Of a DNA stretch of 64,000 nt, positions 34,321 through 46,467 are shown piece after piece. Source of the stretch: Pelagomonas calceolata (taxonomy: Eukaryota). A program made the position numbers and the translations under genes. The notes beneath the pieces were generated by a model. That model searched no databases. It saw only the letters and a list, made by a program, of their open reading frames with translations, and was not told where the DNA came from. The stretch lies in assembly GCA_918797485.1 (NCBI GenBank), contig CAKKNE010000004.1, positions 806,001 to 870,000 of the forward strand, read 5' to 3'. Numbering within the stretch: position 1 is the stretch's first letter; each line of letters begins with the position of its first letter.

Positions 34321-37300
34321 CCGCCACGGCCCGTCGTAGGCGGCCTCGGCCGCGCGCGCGCCGGCGGCGTCCTTGAACACCACCATCGCGGCGTTGCCGC
34401 TGCCGAGACCGACGTTGAGCACGGGCGCGAGCGCCGCGAAGGTCTCGCGCAGCGTGTCCTCCGTCGGCCGGGCGGCGTCGCGCGGCCACGACACCTTGAG
34501 AATGCAGGCCGGGTCGTAGGACGCCGGCGTCGGTCTCGTCTCGGGGTACGGCCACGGGGGCAGAGACTGGCCGCCCGGATAGGCGGAGGGCTGTGGCGGC
34601 GCCTTTTGGACCTCGAGCTCGACGTCGACCTCGACGTTCCTTTCGAAGGTGTCCTGGTCTTCTTTGTTCGTTTCGTGAGTCTCGACGTCGATGGCGTCGT
34701 AGTTGGCCCGGGCGGCGTCGTCCCACGTCGGCTGTCTCTGAGCCATCTCGACCTGAGCAATTTTCTGATGGTGGCGATGGTACATGTAGTAACCGATGGC
34801 GGCGACGGCCAGCAAGAATACCGCGCCGACGGCCAGCCCGCTGCCCGACGCCGCCGCCGTTTCCTCGTTTTCTTCTTGCATTTGTCGGACCATTTCGAAT
34901 AGCTCTTGTTGATTCTCGAGTAGTTGAGCGAGCTGGTCTTTTTCGCCAGCACCTTCCTTCCAGGACACGTCGAAGGTCTTCCTAGACGTGTCGGGGCCGT
35001 TGGCCTTCGACGCGTCCGTGAAAGTGTAGAGGTCACAGTGTTTGTATGGGGCCCATGGGTCCTTCGCCAACAACTGTTCCCGTTCCGTGGGCATGGCGGT
35101 TGGAGCGAAGCTGACATGATCGTCCTCTTCTTTCTCTTTTTCTGGAAATGTTAGATCATCCTTCTTCGTGAGGAGGTGGGTGGTCGTTTGGCGCGTCTTG
35201 TAGTCTTTGTGGTCTGCGGGTTTGGTGACGTCGTAAGTCACTAAGTCGTCCACCAGGCAATCGCAGCCGTTCTGGCAGCGGCATTGCCCGGTCACCTCCT
35301 CCCAGTCGATCGCCTTGAGCTCAAAGGGCCCGTCGACTGGCGAGCACTTAAACTCCTCACCCTTGTCATCCGTCTGTTGTATGAACGAGATCGGGCAGCC
35401 TTGCGCGGCTGCAGACTCCATCGAGGGAACCTTCTCGATCTTGTTAAGGACCTCGATTTTTTCATTACACTTCGACCAGCAACTCGCTGGAGACAGCGTG
35501 CAGTCCACGGCCAGGTTCAGGTCCGAGTAGCACCATTTACCGTCGCCATGATACGTGGAAGCGGGAGTGGTGCCTGCGCCGGCACCAGTAGTAGCAACGA
35601 TGCCATCAAGATCAACGATGCCCGCGGCAGGACAGTCTGTTCCAGCCGAATCTTCGTCAGCACATTCAGCAACTAAGGTGATGCCGGGGTCCAAACCGAC
35701 GGGCCGCCCGACAAACTTCGGGTGGACCACGCTAACAGCGCCATTCTCAGGATCCATGTGCGCCTGGTACTGGTACACGTCCTGATTGTTGGCCCAGTCC
35801 GTGTCCTCGCACACCGCAACGAGCTCGAGCTCGAGGTCTGAGTACGAGCGGCACTGCGGCGTGAAGTCGCGTCGAGACACGAGAAGCCGAATCTCGGACT
35901 GGCCGTAGGGAAGCGGCGCGAGTTCTTCGCCAGCGCCGTTGCGGAGGTCACCGGAATCGGAGCCAAGAGGGTTGATCAGCAAGGAACCGAGGTCGCCGGG
36001 GGGGCACGCCTCTTCAACAAGCCGGGCGTACTTGCCCGAATCCCACGCCGTCGAGGCGCCGTTCACCGCGCGGAGCAAGTATCTCACGCTCGTCACCCAG
36101 GGCGAGAGATTTTGGAGCACCACGGAGATAATGGCGTCCTGGCCGGGCTCGAGATCTTTGCACTCGCACGTCAGCTTGCTTTTGCAAAGGGCCTCGCCAG
36201 TATCGGCGCTTTCTTTGATATCAGCATCGGAGACACACAGAGGCTTGATCTCCTTGATCGTCACGCGCGAGTCGCGCCGCGTCGTGGCCGTCTCGCCGGG
36301 GCACGACGAGCGGCCTCCCATTGTCGTGAATATGGGTGTGCCGTAGGTGGAGTCCTGCGAAATCTTCACGGCGAAGACGTCCTGCGCGTTTCCGTCCTTC
36401 AGGGAGACGGCGACGGAGTGCGTGTGCTCGGCCTCCTTGTTCGCGGCGCGTCCCAACGATACCTCGAATGAAGAGGATGTCCCGCCTTCGAAATCGGCGC
36501 ACGCCGTGATGCCGAGGCGACGGCCTCCTTCGTCGGACATTTTGGTCAAGCGCCGACGGCATGGGTTGCTGTCGTCGGGTTCATTCATCTTGTTCGCAGC
36601 CGCATTTACAGCGGCTACATCAAGCTTGTCCTTTAGCCGCCGCCTCTCCTCGAGCGCCTCCGGCGTCACCTCCAGCAGCTTTTTGGACACGGCCAGCACT
36701 TTTCCAGTCGTAGGGTAGGCATAGCCGGGCACGCCTTTATCGGTGGCCTCTAGGCGCCGCCGCCCGATATTGGCACCGAACCCAAGGCTCCCGCCTATTG
36801 CGTCGTTGACGGCCCCGTCGTGCGTCGAAGAGAGTTCCTGGCCGCGAGACTGCGAGACATCCCAGCTGAGTTCGATGCCCGTGGTCCCAGAGAACGTGAT
36901 GAAGTGCGTGGTGTCGGATAGCGCGTCGAAAGCGCTGATGTCCTCGTAGTTGCCCGTATCCGCCCGATATGGGCCTTTCTTGCAGAACCTGTGCGAAGAT
37001 CAAACCTGAGGTCGAATGGGCCCGCGAAGAAAATGATTGAATTCAAAAGCACTGTGCAGAACGCTTCTACCGCGTTCAGTCCGTCCTTTAAGTCGCAAAT
37101 GCCGAACAGTGAAGACTTGAGCTCGAGCTTCTCATGGATCTCCTTGTAGACACTGCACAGCCGGGCCCCTCCGCCGGGCTCCGCGAGTTCAACGCTAGCG
37201 ATGCAGTCGCTATATACAGAATTAACTCGGTCCAAAACGTCGTTCTCGTAGAGCTCTAGCCGAGGGCGGTCCGCGACATCCTCCATCGTTTCCGCATCGC

Positions 37301-40300
37301 TTAGCGCTGTATCGCCCACCGGTCCCAGATTATTCTGCTCCCGATGGTAGATTAACTTGTGCTTTTCAAGTTCGTTTAGACCATGTGACAAAAAGTCAGA
37401 GAACTGATCTGCCTCAAAACCACCCGTGGTTGCAGCCTGTAGAAAGCTTTGAAAGTTTTCGTGGATGATGTCCAACTCGTCCTTGAGCTGCTCGGCGACT
37501 GACAGCGCCTGGTCCTTGATTGTCGCGGCTCTGTAGTTCGCGAGCACGGTCCGCCAGTTCTCGATCTGCTTTACGAGGTCGTCGCGCGGGTCGGGCCCGC
37601 CGCCCTTCGCCTCGATCTTTGTGTTCGGATCGGTCAGCGCCGCACCGATGCGCTCGATCGTCTTCTCGATCTCGTAGACGCTCATGACCCACGTGCTGAT
37701 CTGCTCGGGTAGGAACTCCAGGGCAGTGAGGCCGCCAAGACAGAGGCCGCCAGTAACGTCGGGATCCACCTTCGCATAGATCTCGATGGCCGAGATGAAG
37801 CGCAGGTTCGCGCCGCCGCCGATGATCACGTCGGACGGCTGGCCCGCGATGTAGGGCGAGTCGGACGTGCTGATGCTGACGGAGAAACTGATGCCGATGT
37901 CGAAATGCCGCGAAGTTGAACGCGAGACGGTCACGTCCGTGGGCGTGTGCGCGTAGGAAAAGCCGGCGTTAAGGCCAACTGAGGCAACGTTTTTAATCAC
38001 AAACGCCCCGACGCCCAATCCTCCTTTCACAGCGACTCCAGCGCCAACCGAAGCGCCAAACTCAAAAGAGTCTTCCAGCTGGGCGGCGTGCGCGCCTTCG
38101 ATGGCCATGGACGTCGAGATGGTGGAGCCTTCGACAAGTGTGGCCGTCGACTCGCCGCCCGGCGGGTCGCGGATGATCGAGAAAATCAGCGTCGGATTCG
38201 TGGCTGCTGTCCAGACCTGCGGCACCTCTTCTGGAATCGACCCAACAACCAGCACGTGGCGCACGAACAGAATCTTGGCGTTGTCGAACGCCCGAGTAAA
38301 CTCCACGCTCAGCTCGTGCGAGAACGGCGCGAACGGGTTCGGCTTGCCCGCCGTCATGGTGTGTTTTAATGTCGCGGTTCCAGCATATTCGCCGCTGTCC
38401 CCGATTCCGCTGACACCGTCGGCGACTCGAATCTTGATCTGGCGGTCCGTCGGTAGGCTATCATGCGCCGGCAGGGAAACGTCATTGTAGCTGCTACATA
38501 TATCCCACGGATAAAGACCGCTGCCTGGACACGTGGGCTCGCGCTCCACGAGCTTGAACTCTAGCTCCACAGCGTCGCCCTCGCGGAAGATTGCGCCCGT
38601 GTTCGTGGTGCAAGCTTTGCCATACAGTCCATCCTCCTCGGGCTCGGGTAATTCCGACAGGAGCAGCATGCTCTCCGGGCCGTCTATAGGGTAAGCAGCG
38701 GTATCCCGGAGAAGTGGTTTTCCGGCATTGTCTACACCAGGGTCGATGAGCTTCTGGACAATCAAATCGGTCACCGCATCGGCTGCTTTTCCGCTTGACG
38801 ACACAGTTACAGAGTCCAGGCAGAGCGGCGAAATGATCTCGAAGTCAACCGGCTCGAGGTTGGTAAGGTCCGAGAGGTCCTTGTCAAAGTTTCGAGTCAC
38901 CGGCAGCTCGTCCACGTAGGTGTGGTCCATGGTTGCACAGGGAAGCCTCTCGGTCTGGCACTTTTTATTGGCGGGAGTTTCACCTTCGCCGCACTCTCGC
39001 ACCTCGGGGATCTTCGCGCGGCAGCCGCGGAGCATAATATCTTCAGTACTCTGGGTGCCACTGGCATCGGTCACGAAGAGTGTTCCGACCATGTCGTCGC
39101 GAGATAGCGTATCCTCATCGCAGTCGGGGACCGCTAACTCCTGGCCAGCATTAGACAGATCACTGAGCGGGTAGTAGTACGCCGAGTTGTCGACCTCGTC
39201 CGCGCCAAGCGTGCGAACCTTGACCGCGGCGGCCCCGACATTGCCAAAGTCGGCGACGCCCCCCAGCGTCCAAACTGGTTTCTCCCAGCCGCAGCGCGCT
39301 ACGCTCGCGACCACCGGCAGGCCGTTCACGTAGGATGCCGGGGCCGGGGCTGCGCCGTGGACGAGCCTGGCAGAGAGGCTCCGGATACTATCGTCGACGA
39401 AGTGCACCACGGCGTCTTGGGTCGCCATGTACGTAAAGCTCGGCAAGACGCCGTCCTGCTTGCTAATCAGGGAGTCCCCCGATTCCTGGGTGACCGAGAA
39501 CGCGTGGAGGCTCACGCGGCTACAGAGGTAGTCGGTGAAACACTGTTCCGGACTCTGGCCCGGCAAAATCGGAGCGTCGTCAAACTGAAACCCTAGAGTA
39601 TCATCCCAACCCGTGATAGTGATCCAGGAGCCCGCCTGGTAGTTCCCTGCAGATGTCCCGCCGTCCGGCTCAGTGTAGTATCCTGATGCCTCAGCTTCTC
39701 GCAGGAACCACGGCGACCCTGCGACGCTCCGCCAGCCGGCGGCGACGGCTCCCGAGTCGTCGCTGTTCATCGCATATGTAATGGCTTCGGAATGAGCCCC
39801 ATCCTGCTCGCGGTACACGCCGACGAGTTTTTTGAAATTGCTATTAATGTTCGTATCATCCCAGATCGCCTTTGCGTGCTCGTAGCTCCGGGGGACCCAG
39901 ATGTCGTAGCCAGCGGGACAAGAATTAACGTCGGTGTGATCACAGGTCGGAGTACCTGTCACCGCGACAACGTCGACTAGGGATTTGTCCGGCAGCTCGA
40001 TGCAGTGAAGTTTCCCGAGGCTACTATCATCTGGGTCATAGTCTCGGCTTTCGACTTTCTCGCAGTCCGAATTCACACCAACGCCGTAGTATCTGCCCAG
40101 GTAGAGCGTCACCTGCTCGTCCTCGAGAACTGCAGTCGCGAACCTTCCGTCATTTACTGTCACTTCTTCGTGGTCTCCAGATGCGCGTATGATGAACACC
40201 TTCGCGCCGTCGACGGGGCACATGCACTCGCTGGAGTCCTCGCTCTTCGTGTGTGGACAGTCGGCGGCGAAGTAATTGGCGTCAAGGCCGGCGTGCGAGA

Positions 40301-43300
40301 CGGTACCGGAGATGATGTTGACCGTCGTGTCAGTGAACTCAAAGGTGGTCTCGCCGAGGTGCTTCACGGACAAGTCCTTGGAAGGGGGCGAGAAGCCGTG
40401 AATTACATCGACATTGTTCGCGTTCTTTGACGTCTTCTCGACCTCCACGCGGAAGTGCTGCGTGAGGGTAGTCCACGACGTATCTTCGACGCGAATATTT
40501 AGCAGCGCTTCCCCGTACTCGTCCGTTTGCGCAGTGACGAAGCCCATCTGATAATTCTGGTCGATAGCGTTGTTGACCAAGTGGGCAACCTTCACGGTAA
40601 CGTCCTCGACTGGCCCGCCGCCCTCGGCTTCCACCTTCACCCGGATATCGCCAAACCACGTCACAATAAAGCCACTTGTCGTGGACGAGGCCGACGCCGA
40701 CGAAGAACTGAGTCGTCGGCGCCTCTCGGAGGACAACGACGCGGAGCTGCCCCCGCTCACGCCGGCCTTGTCCTTGACCTCTTTGCCGGCGTCGTCGAGC
40801 GGCACGATTGCGTAGCCCACTTGTAGGCCCGGCTCCGAACCGGTCGTCACGTCGCGGAAATCTATATAGTTGTGCGTGAGACCGCATGCAGAAGTGGAGA
40901 TCTCCTTCAGGAGCCGGGCCGACGTGTCCGTGGCGAACGGCACAGAAGCATCGTACTTGTAGACGCGGTAGCCCGTCGCGACTGTCGACGTGTCGAGCCA
41001 GCTGATGGACACGCCTTCGTTGCCCAGCATGCGCGGAAAAATATCTGCAGGCGTCCCGTCGTACTGAAGGCCGGTCGTGCAGCGCGTGACCGTGAGAGCT
41101 GGGTCGGCGAGAGTCGCGTCGCAGACCGCAGTGCCGCTGGGGCAAAACTTCGTCTCGACGCAGTAGCTCTGCTTGCTGATGGGCAGGACTTCGAAAGAGC
41201 TAGTTGTCGAGAAGCCCCTCACGTACGCGTAGGTGTTGCTGTATGCCATAAAGCCGAGGTAAGTCGTCGTCCCAAATGCGGAACAATAAGATCTGCTAGA
41301 CGTAAGGACATCCACGCCGTCGACCGTCCACGCATCCAGGTACACACAATTGTTCCTCGTCGCAAAGACCAAGCGCCACGTGTGCCACTGCGTTGGGTCT
41401 GTCACGTCTGCCGGACCGTACCACGTCTGGCCTGCCACAGAGTTATCCCACTGATAGTCGCCAAGGCCATACCTCCCTCCATCAGAGATCCACCAAAGAT
41501 CAGGTGTCTCCCGACCCGTCGAGCCCAACGACGAACGAAACGGCTCGAAGAACCAATGCGGCGTTATGCTCGACTGCTGTCCAGTCACGGGTGTCGTACA
41601 GTCGGCCTCGTAGCAACCGCGGGTCTCGAACTCGACGACGAGGGAGCCTTCGAAGTCCCATGTGACGGGAACGTCGAGCGAGCATGCCCCGAGGGTCTTC
41701 ACTGAGAGCTCGCTCGCCGTGACGGAGCACCCCGAGGTGCTGCCGATAGCAGAGGCGAGGTTGACCGGAGCCGCAATAGCCGCTTGCTGGTGGTAGCTTT
41801 TGACCTGGTAGGAGTCTGGCAGATAGAACTCGAATTCGCAGACTTGAGCTCCGTCTGTCCCGCTGCAGTCCGTAGAATCGACATTGCTTCTCCCGCTCGA
41901 GACGTACTCGTCTAGATTGGCGAGAATGTTGCTGCTTTTTGAGAAGAATCGGCGTAGATACGCGTAGGTGCCGCCGTATGTGGCTAGTCCGAGGTATGTT
42001 GTTTTGCCATACGCGGAACAATACTTGCGAGTGGCCGTAAGGACATCTACGCCGTCGACCGACCAAGCATCTAGGTACACACAATTGTTCCTCGTCGTAA
42101 AAACAATGCGCCACGTGTGCCACTGCGTCGGGTCTGCCACGTTGTTTGGGCCGTAGTTAGTCCTGTCTGTCGCAGAGTCATCCCAAGAATAGTCACCAAG
42201 GCCATAGGTAGCTGTATCTGAGATCCACCAGAGATCAGGCTGCTCGCGGCCCGTCGAGCCTAACGACGAACGGAACGGCTCGAAGAACCAATGCGGTAAA
42301 ATGTTCGTCTGGCCTCCGGTCACGGAAGTCGTACAGGCTTCCTCGCGGCAGCCGCGGGTCTCGAACTCGACGACGAGGGAGCCTTCGAAGTCCCACGTGA
42401 CCGGCACGTCGAGCGAACATCCATCATTGCCCGTAAGCAAGAGCTCGCCGTCACTCGTGACGGAGCACCCCGAGCTGGTGCCGATGGACGCCTCTAGATC
42501 GAGCTCCGTGTCCCGAGAGGGCGCCTCACCGTTAAAGAAGGCACACTGCTGGAAGATGGTGTTGTCGCCGCGGTCGACGGTCCACTCAAGGAGCGGTTGC
42601 TCCTCGTGCTGGTCCTCACACTCATCCTCCGTAGTGAGCGGATTGGGATAGGTCGCCGTCATTGTATCGATTGCGCCGGCGCTCATCGAACGTTCGTAGA
42701 ATTCCTTCGTGCCCTGCGCCTCCAACCGCGCGAGCTCGTCCTGGATCATGTCCGTAATAGTCACGTCACCCCTGCACGTTTCTGCTGCCACCCACGTCGA
42801 ACCAACGCAGCATTTACCGCTCGAGGGACAGTACTGGCCTTCTACGGAGCAGTCCTCGGCGCAGGAGTCAGCAGCCTCGTGGATTTCCACGCGCGCCCCG
42901 TTTTCCACGCGGGACCAAACGTGGGACACCTCAAAAGGAACCGCCATGCCGCCGTCCCGCAGCGCATGCCGTGCCTCGTCGACGCTCAGACGATTGTCCG
43001 AGTTCGCGTCGAACGCGCGGAACGCGGCCGAGATGCCCGAGAAGGCTTCGTTTCTCGAGAGCATTCGCGCGTGCCGCGGCCACTGCACCTCCAAAAGGAG
43101 GAAGCCGAGCGACACCGCCGGCGTAGTGGTCGCGCAGGTCTCCTGCTCGCAGTTCGTACCGGTCCTGCTCAGGGCGCACTCGCACTTATCCCCACTTGTT
43201 ATGCCGCTCTGTTCCACGTCCCAGAGGCTCTGGTCCCAGACGTCCTCCACGCACATCACCTTATCAAACTGGAAAGTTTGCTTCGATGAACCAGTGCCCC

Positions 43301-45542
43301 ACCATGGGTTAGAAACTGCGATAGTTGGAATGCCGTCGCAGCCGGTAGCGTGGTGCGTGGCGCAAAAAGTGTACCCGGATTCCAGTGAGCCCATTTGGAG
43401 CCATTGGTTGTCGTTGACTTCGAAAGAGCTAGTTGTCGAGAAGCCCCTCACGTACGCGTAGGTGTTGCTGTATGCCATAAAGCCGAGGTAAGTCGTCGTC
43501 CCAAATGCGGAACAATAAGATCTGCTAGACGTAAGGACATCCACGCCGTCGACCGTCCACGCATCCAGGTACACACAATTGTTCCTCGTCGCAAAGACCA
43601 AGCGCCACGTGTGCCACTGCGTTGGGTCTGCCACGTCTGCCGGACCGTACCACGTCTGGTCTGTCGCAGAGTTATCCCACTGATAGTCGCCAAGGCCATA
43701 CCTCCCTCCATCAGAGATCCACCAAAGATCAGGTGTCTCCCGACCCGTCGAGCCCAACGACGAACGAAACGGCTCGAAGAACCAATGCGGCGTTATGCTC
43801 GACTGCTGTCCAGTCACGGGTGTCGTACAGTCGGCCTCGTAGCAACCGCGGGTCTCGAACTCGACGACGAGGGAGCCTTCGTTCCACGTGACGGGAACGT
43901 CGAGCGAGCATGCCCCGAGGGTCTTCACTGAGAGCTCGCCCGCCGTGACGGAGCACCCCGAGGTGCTGCCGATAGCAGAGGCGAGGTTGACCGGAGCCTT
44001 GATAGGTGCTTCAGCATTGCAATCCGAAGAGTAGGGAATCCAAGCGTCGGTCTGGTCGACCGCACCTGTCCGCGAGGGGTCTTCCCCGTTTGGACATAGG
44101 TCGCTGTACGTTGCGAGCGAAAGTCCGAGCGCCGCGCACGTCGCCTTCTGTCCTTCCCACGAGTAGTCCCCCGATGTTATTTGCGTCCAAAGTGTGCGGC
44201 GAGGCTCGCCGCACTTTGTGCATTCGGTGGCGCCTCCCACCGAGTACGTTCCCGCGGGACAGAGCGTGCACTGGCCTTGCCCTGGCTCAACGAACGTACC
44301 GGCGGGACACTGCGTGCACGGCCCATGCGGACCAACGATTCCCGAGGCAAATCGGCGTAGATACGCGTAGGTGCCCCCCCATGTAGCTAGTCCGAGGTAC
44401 GTTGTCTTGCCGAACGCGGAACAATAAGAGCGGGTAAACGTGATGATCTCCGCGCCGTCGACCGTCCACTCGTCCAGGTACACGCAGTTTTCCCTCGCCG
44501 CAAAAACAAAGCGCCACGTGTGCCACTGTGTAGGATCCAGTCCGTTTGGACCGTAGTTGGTCCTGTCTGTCGCAGAGTTATCCCACTGGTAGTCGCCAAG
44601 GCCATCACCATTTGAGAGCCACCAAAGATCGGGCGGCTCGCGACCCGTCGAGCCTAATGCAGTACGGAACGGCTCGAAGAACCAATGCGGCGCAGTGGCC
44701 GACCCGACTGGGTCACATTCCTCATCGAGGCAGCCCTTCGTCTCGAACTCGACGACAAGGGAGCCTTCAAAGTTCCAGGTGATCGGCACGTCGAGCGAAC
44801 ATCCATCATTTCCCGTCAGCAAGAGCTCGCCGTCACCCGTAACGGAGCACTCCGAGCTGCTGCTTTCTATAGCTGCCTCCAAATTGATCTCCGCGCCTCT
44901 AAACGCATCGTCGCCCTGTCCTGCGGCCGAAAACGACCCGGCGTCGCACTGCGTGCACGAACTTGCCCCGACCCCTGAATACGTGCCCGCGGGACAAGTC
45001 GTGCACAAGTCGGCTCCCGCCGCCGCATACGTGCCCGCGGGACAGGACGTGCACGAGCCGGCCGCAGCCCCGGCGTACGTGCCGGCGTCGCACGGCGTGC
45101 ACTCGTCGGCTCCCTCCGCCGAGTACGTGCCAGCGGAGCATGTTTCGCACTCGCAGTGTGTGGCCGCATATTCGCCTGCTGCGCATGTCACCTTATCATT
45201 GAAAGGATTGCAACCCCTGCGTGGTACCGACACGGTTTCTGGCGAAGCGCGAGGGCGAGCTACTGTACACACTGCATCGCGCGTCGTCGTGCCATCGTCA
45301 AGGCGTCGTTGGTCCTTGAGCCCGACGTCGGGCGCGCCACGCATTTTGTTCCTCCACGGCCCGAGCCACCAGCGCCCAGCGGCGCCTTCAGACTCGTCTA
45401 CCTGCCCCGCCGCCGCGAACTCCGCTCCCGCCAGCAGCGCGCCGGCGCGCCAGGCCGGGCTGCCCGCGAGCGCCGAGGCCGAGACGGCGGAAGAGGCCGC
45501 CACCAGCGCGGCGACGGCGAGGGCAGCCCTTGCTCTTTCCAT
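34249..45542 (-). CDS. Giant single-pass membrane protein B (about 3739 aa; exons 45542-37063, 36988-34249; possible extra in-frame intron 45217-45282)
   Basis: Signal peptide MERARAALAVAALVAASSA, Cys-rich repeats, four about 170-aa beta-sandwich-like repeats, EF-hand, IRDPPGG core. TM and tail are nearly identical to gene A. Confidence 0.85.
36989..37062 (-). mobile_element. Introner intron (74 bp) with perfect 8-bp TSD GTTCTGCA
   Basis: TSD at 37055-37062 and 36981-36988; ends CAGTGC... and ...TTCGCACAG. Removal restores VEA|FCKK in frame with ORF 34249..36732. Confidence 0.9.
41190..44890 (-). repeat. Four internal coding repeats in gene B (about 41190-41772, 41945-42500, 43419-43996, 44350-44890)
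   Basis: Each encodes CSLDVP.TW..EGSLVVEFET.GC...PHWFFEPFR...PDLWW...DPTQWHTWR...NCVYLD.W.VDG. The copies at about 41190 and 43419 are almost identical in DNA. Confidence 0.9.
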
Positions 45543-45744
45543 CGTTAAGCCCTTTTCTGATTTGCTCCTCCCAAGGTGCTGGCGCGTGACCGCGCACCGA
45601 GACCTTTCTACTCGCGCACGACCAAGCTCGTCAATGCCTGGAAGGTGCTGCCGTGCTGCCGACAGACCGCGGCCCGGTGCGCGGCTGCCTCCCGCCCGAG
45701 AGCAGCGCAGGCGCTGGCTCAAATTCCGGCAGGCGGCGGGATCG

Positions 45745-46318
45745 CCGCGCCGCGCAAGACCGCTCCGGGGAGGCCCGGACGAGTCCCACGCATCTCTCGG
45801 GAGGGATCTCGCGCGGCGCTCGCGACGGCCGCCGCGCGCGCCACGTAAACGAGAGGGGCAGCGACACCTAGAACATGATCGACATGGCGTTGCCTCGCCC
45901 TCGGGCGCCACGAGCCTGTCCTTGATGAAGTATATTTATATTTTAATGTTGCTTTGCTTAGGGCTACTTAGCACCGTTTGTTCTCGGCGCGGGCGAAGCA
46001 GGTGGATACGAACTGTGACTGTGGCCGATGCACCTTTAGCGACTTCTGGGCGGCTGGGCGTGTGCGTGCGGCCGCTCAGCAGCGGCGAGACGTAGAAACT
46101 GTTAATCTCTTTATACTAGTAGGAGATGCTACACCGGGGGCGGCCCGGGTGCAACGGGAGCTGATGGGGAAGGGGAGTCGCTGTTACGGAACGGCGGCCG
46201 ATACACCGTAGCGATGCACCGGGGGCGAGTCCAGCGAGCTTATAAGGAGGCCATCACACCTCGCCCGTCTTGGGTGGCGGCGGCGGCTGATCGGCGGCGG
46301 CCGAGGGGGGCTTAGCCG
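45745..46318. repeat. Second copy of the duplicated spacer
   Basis: Matches 33765-34320, including a PA28 fragment at 45863-45924. Confidence 0.9.
46254..46318 (-). pseudogene. 3'-terminal remnant of a third giant-gene copy
   Basis: Encodes AKPPSAAADQPPPPPKTGEV*, matching the last 20 aa of genes A and B, with their 3' flank. Confidence 0.85.
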
Positions 46319-46467
46319 ATCCGGTGCCGCGCAAGAGCACTACGGGGCGACCCCGAGGAATCCCACGCACCCCTCTGTAGACATCGCGCGCCCGGGCGCG
46401 CCGCCGGACCGCGCGCGCCCGGCGCGACGAGCTAGCACGAGCACTTTAGACGAGGACGCGAGGACAC

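Noticed and set aside
36795..37062. Frameshift or pseudogenisation of giant gene B
   Set aside because: It is explained by a 74-bp GT-AG intron with a perfect TSD that restores the frame.
45543..45911. N-terminal 123 aa of the 3038-aa ORF
   Set aside because: It lies in the duplicated spacer/PA28 relic. The signal peptide begins at ATG 45542, as in paralog A.
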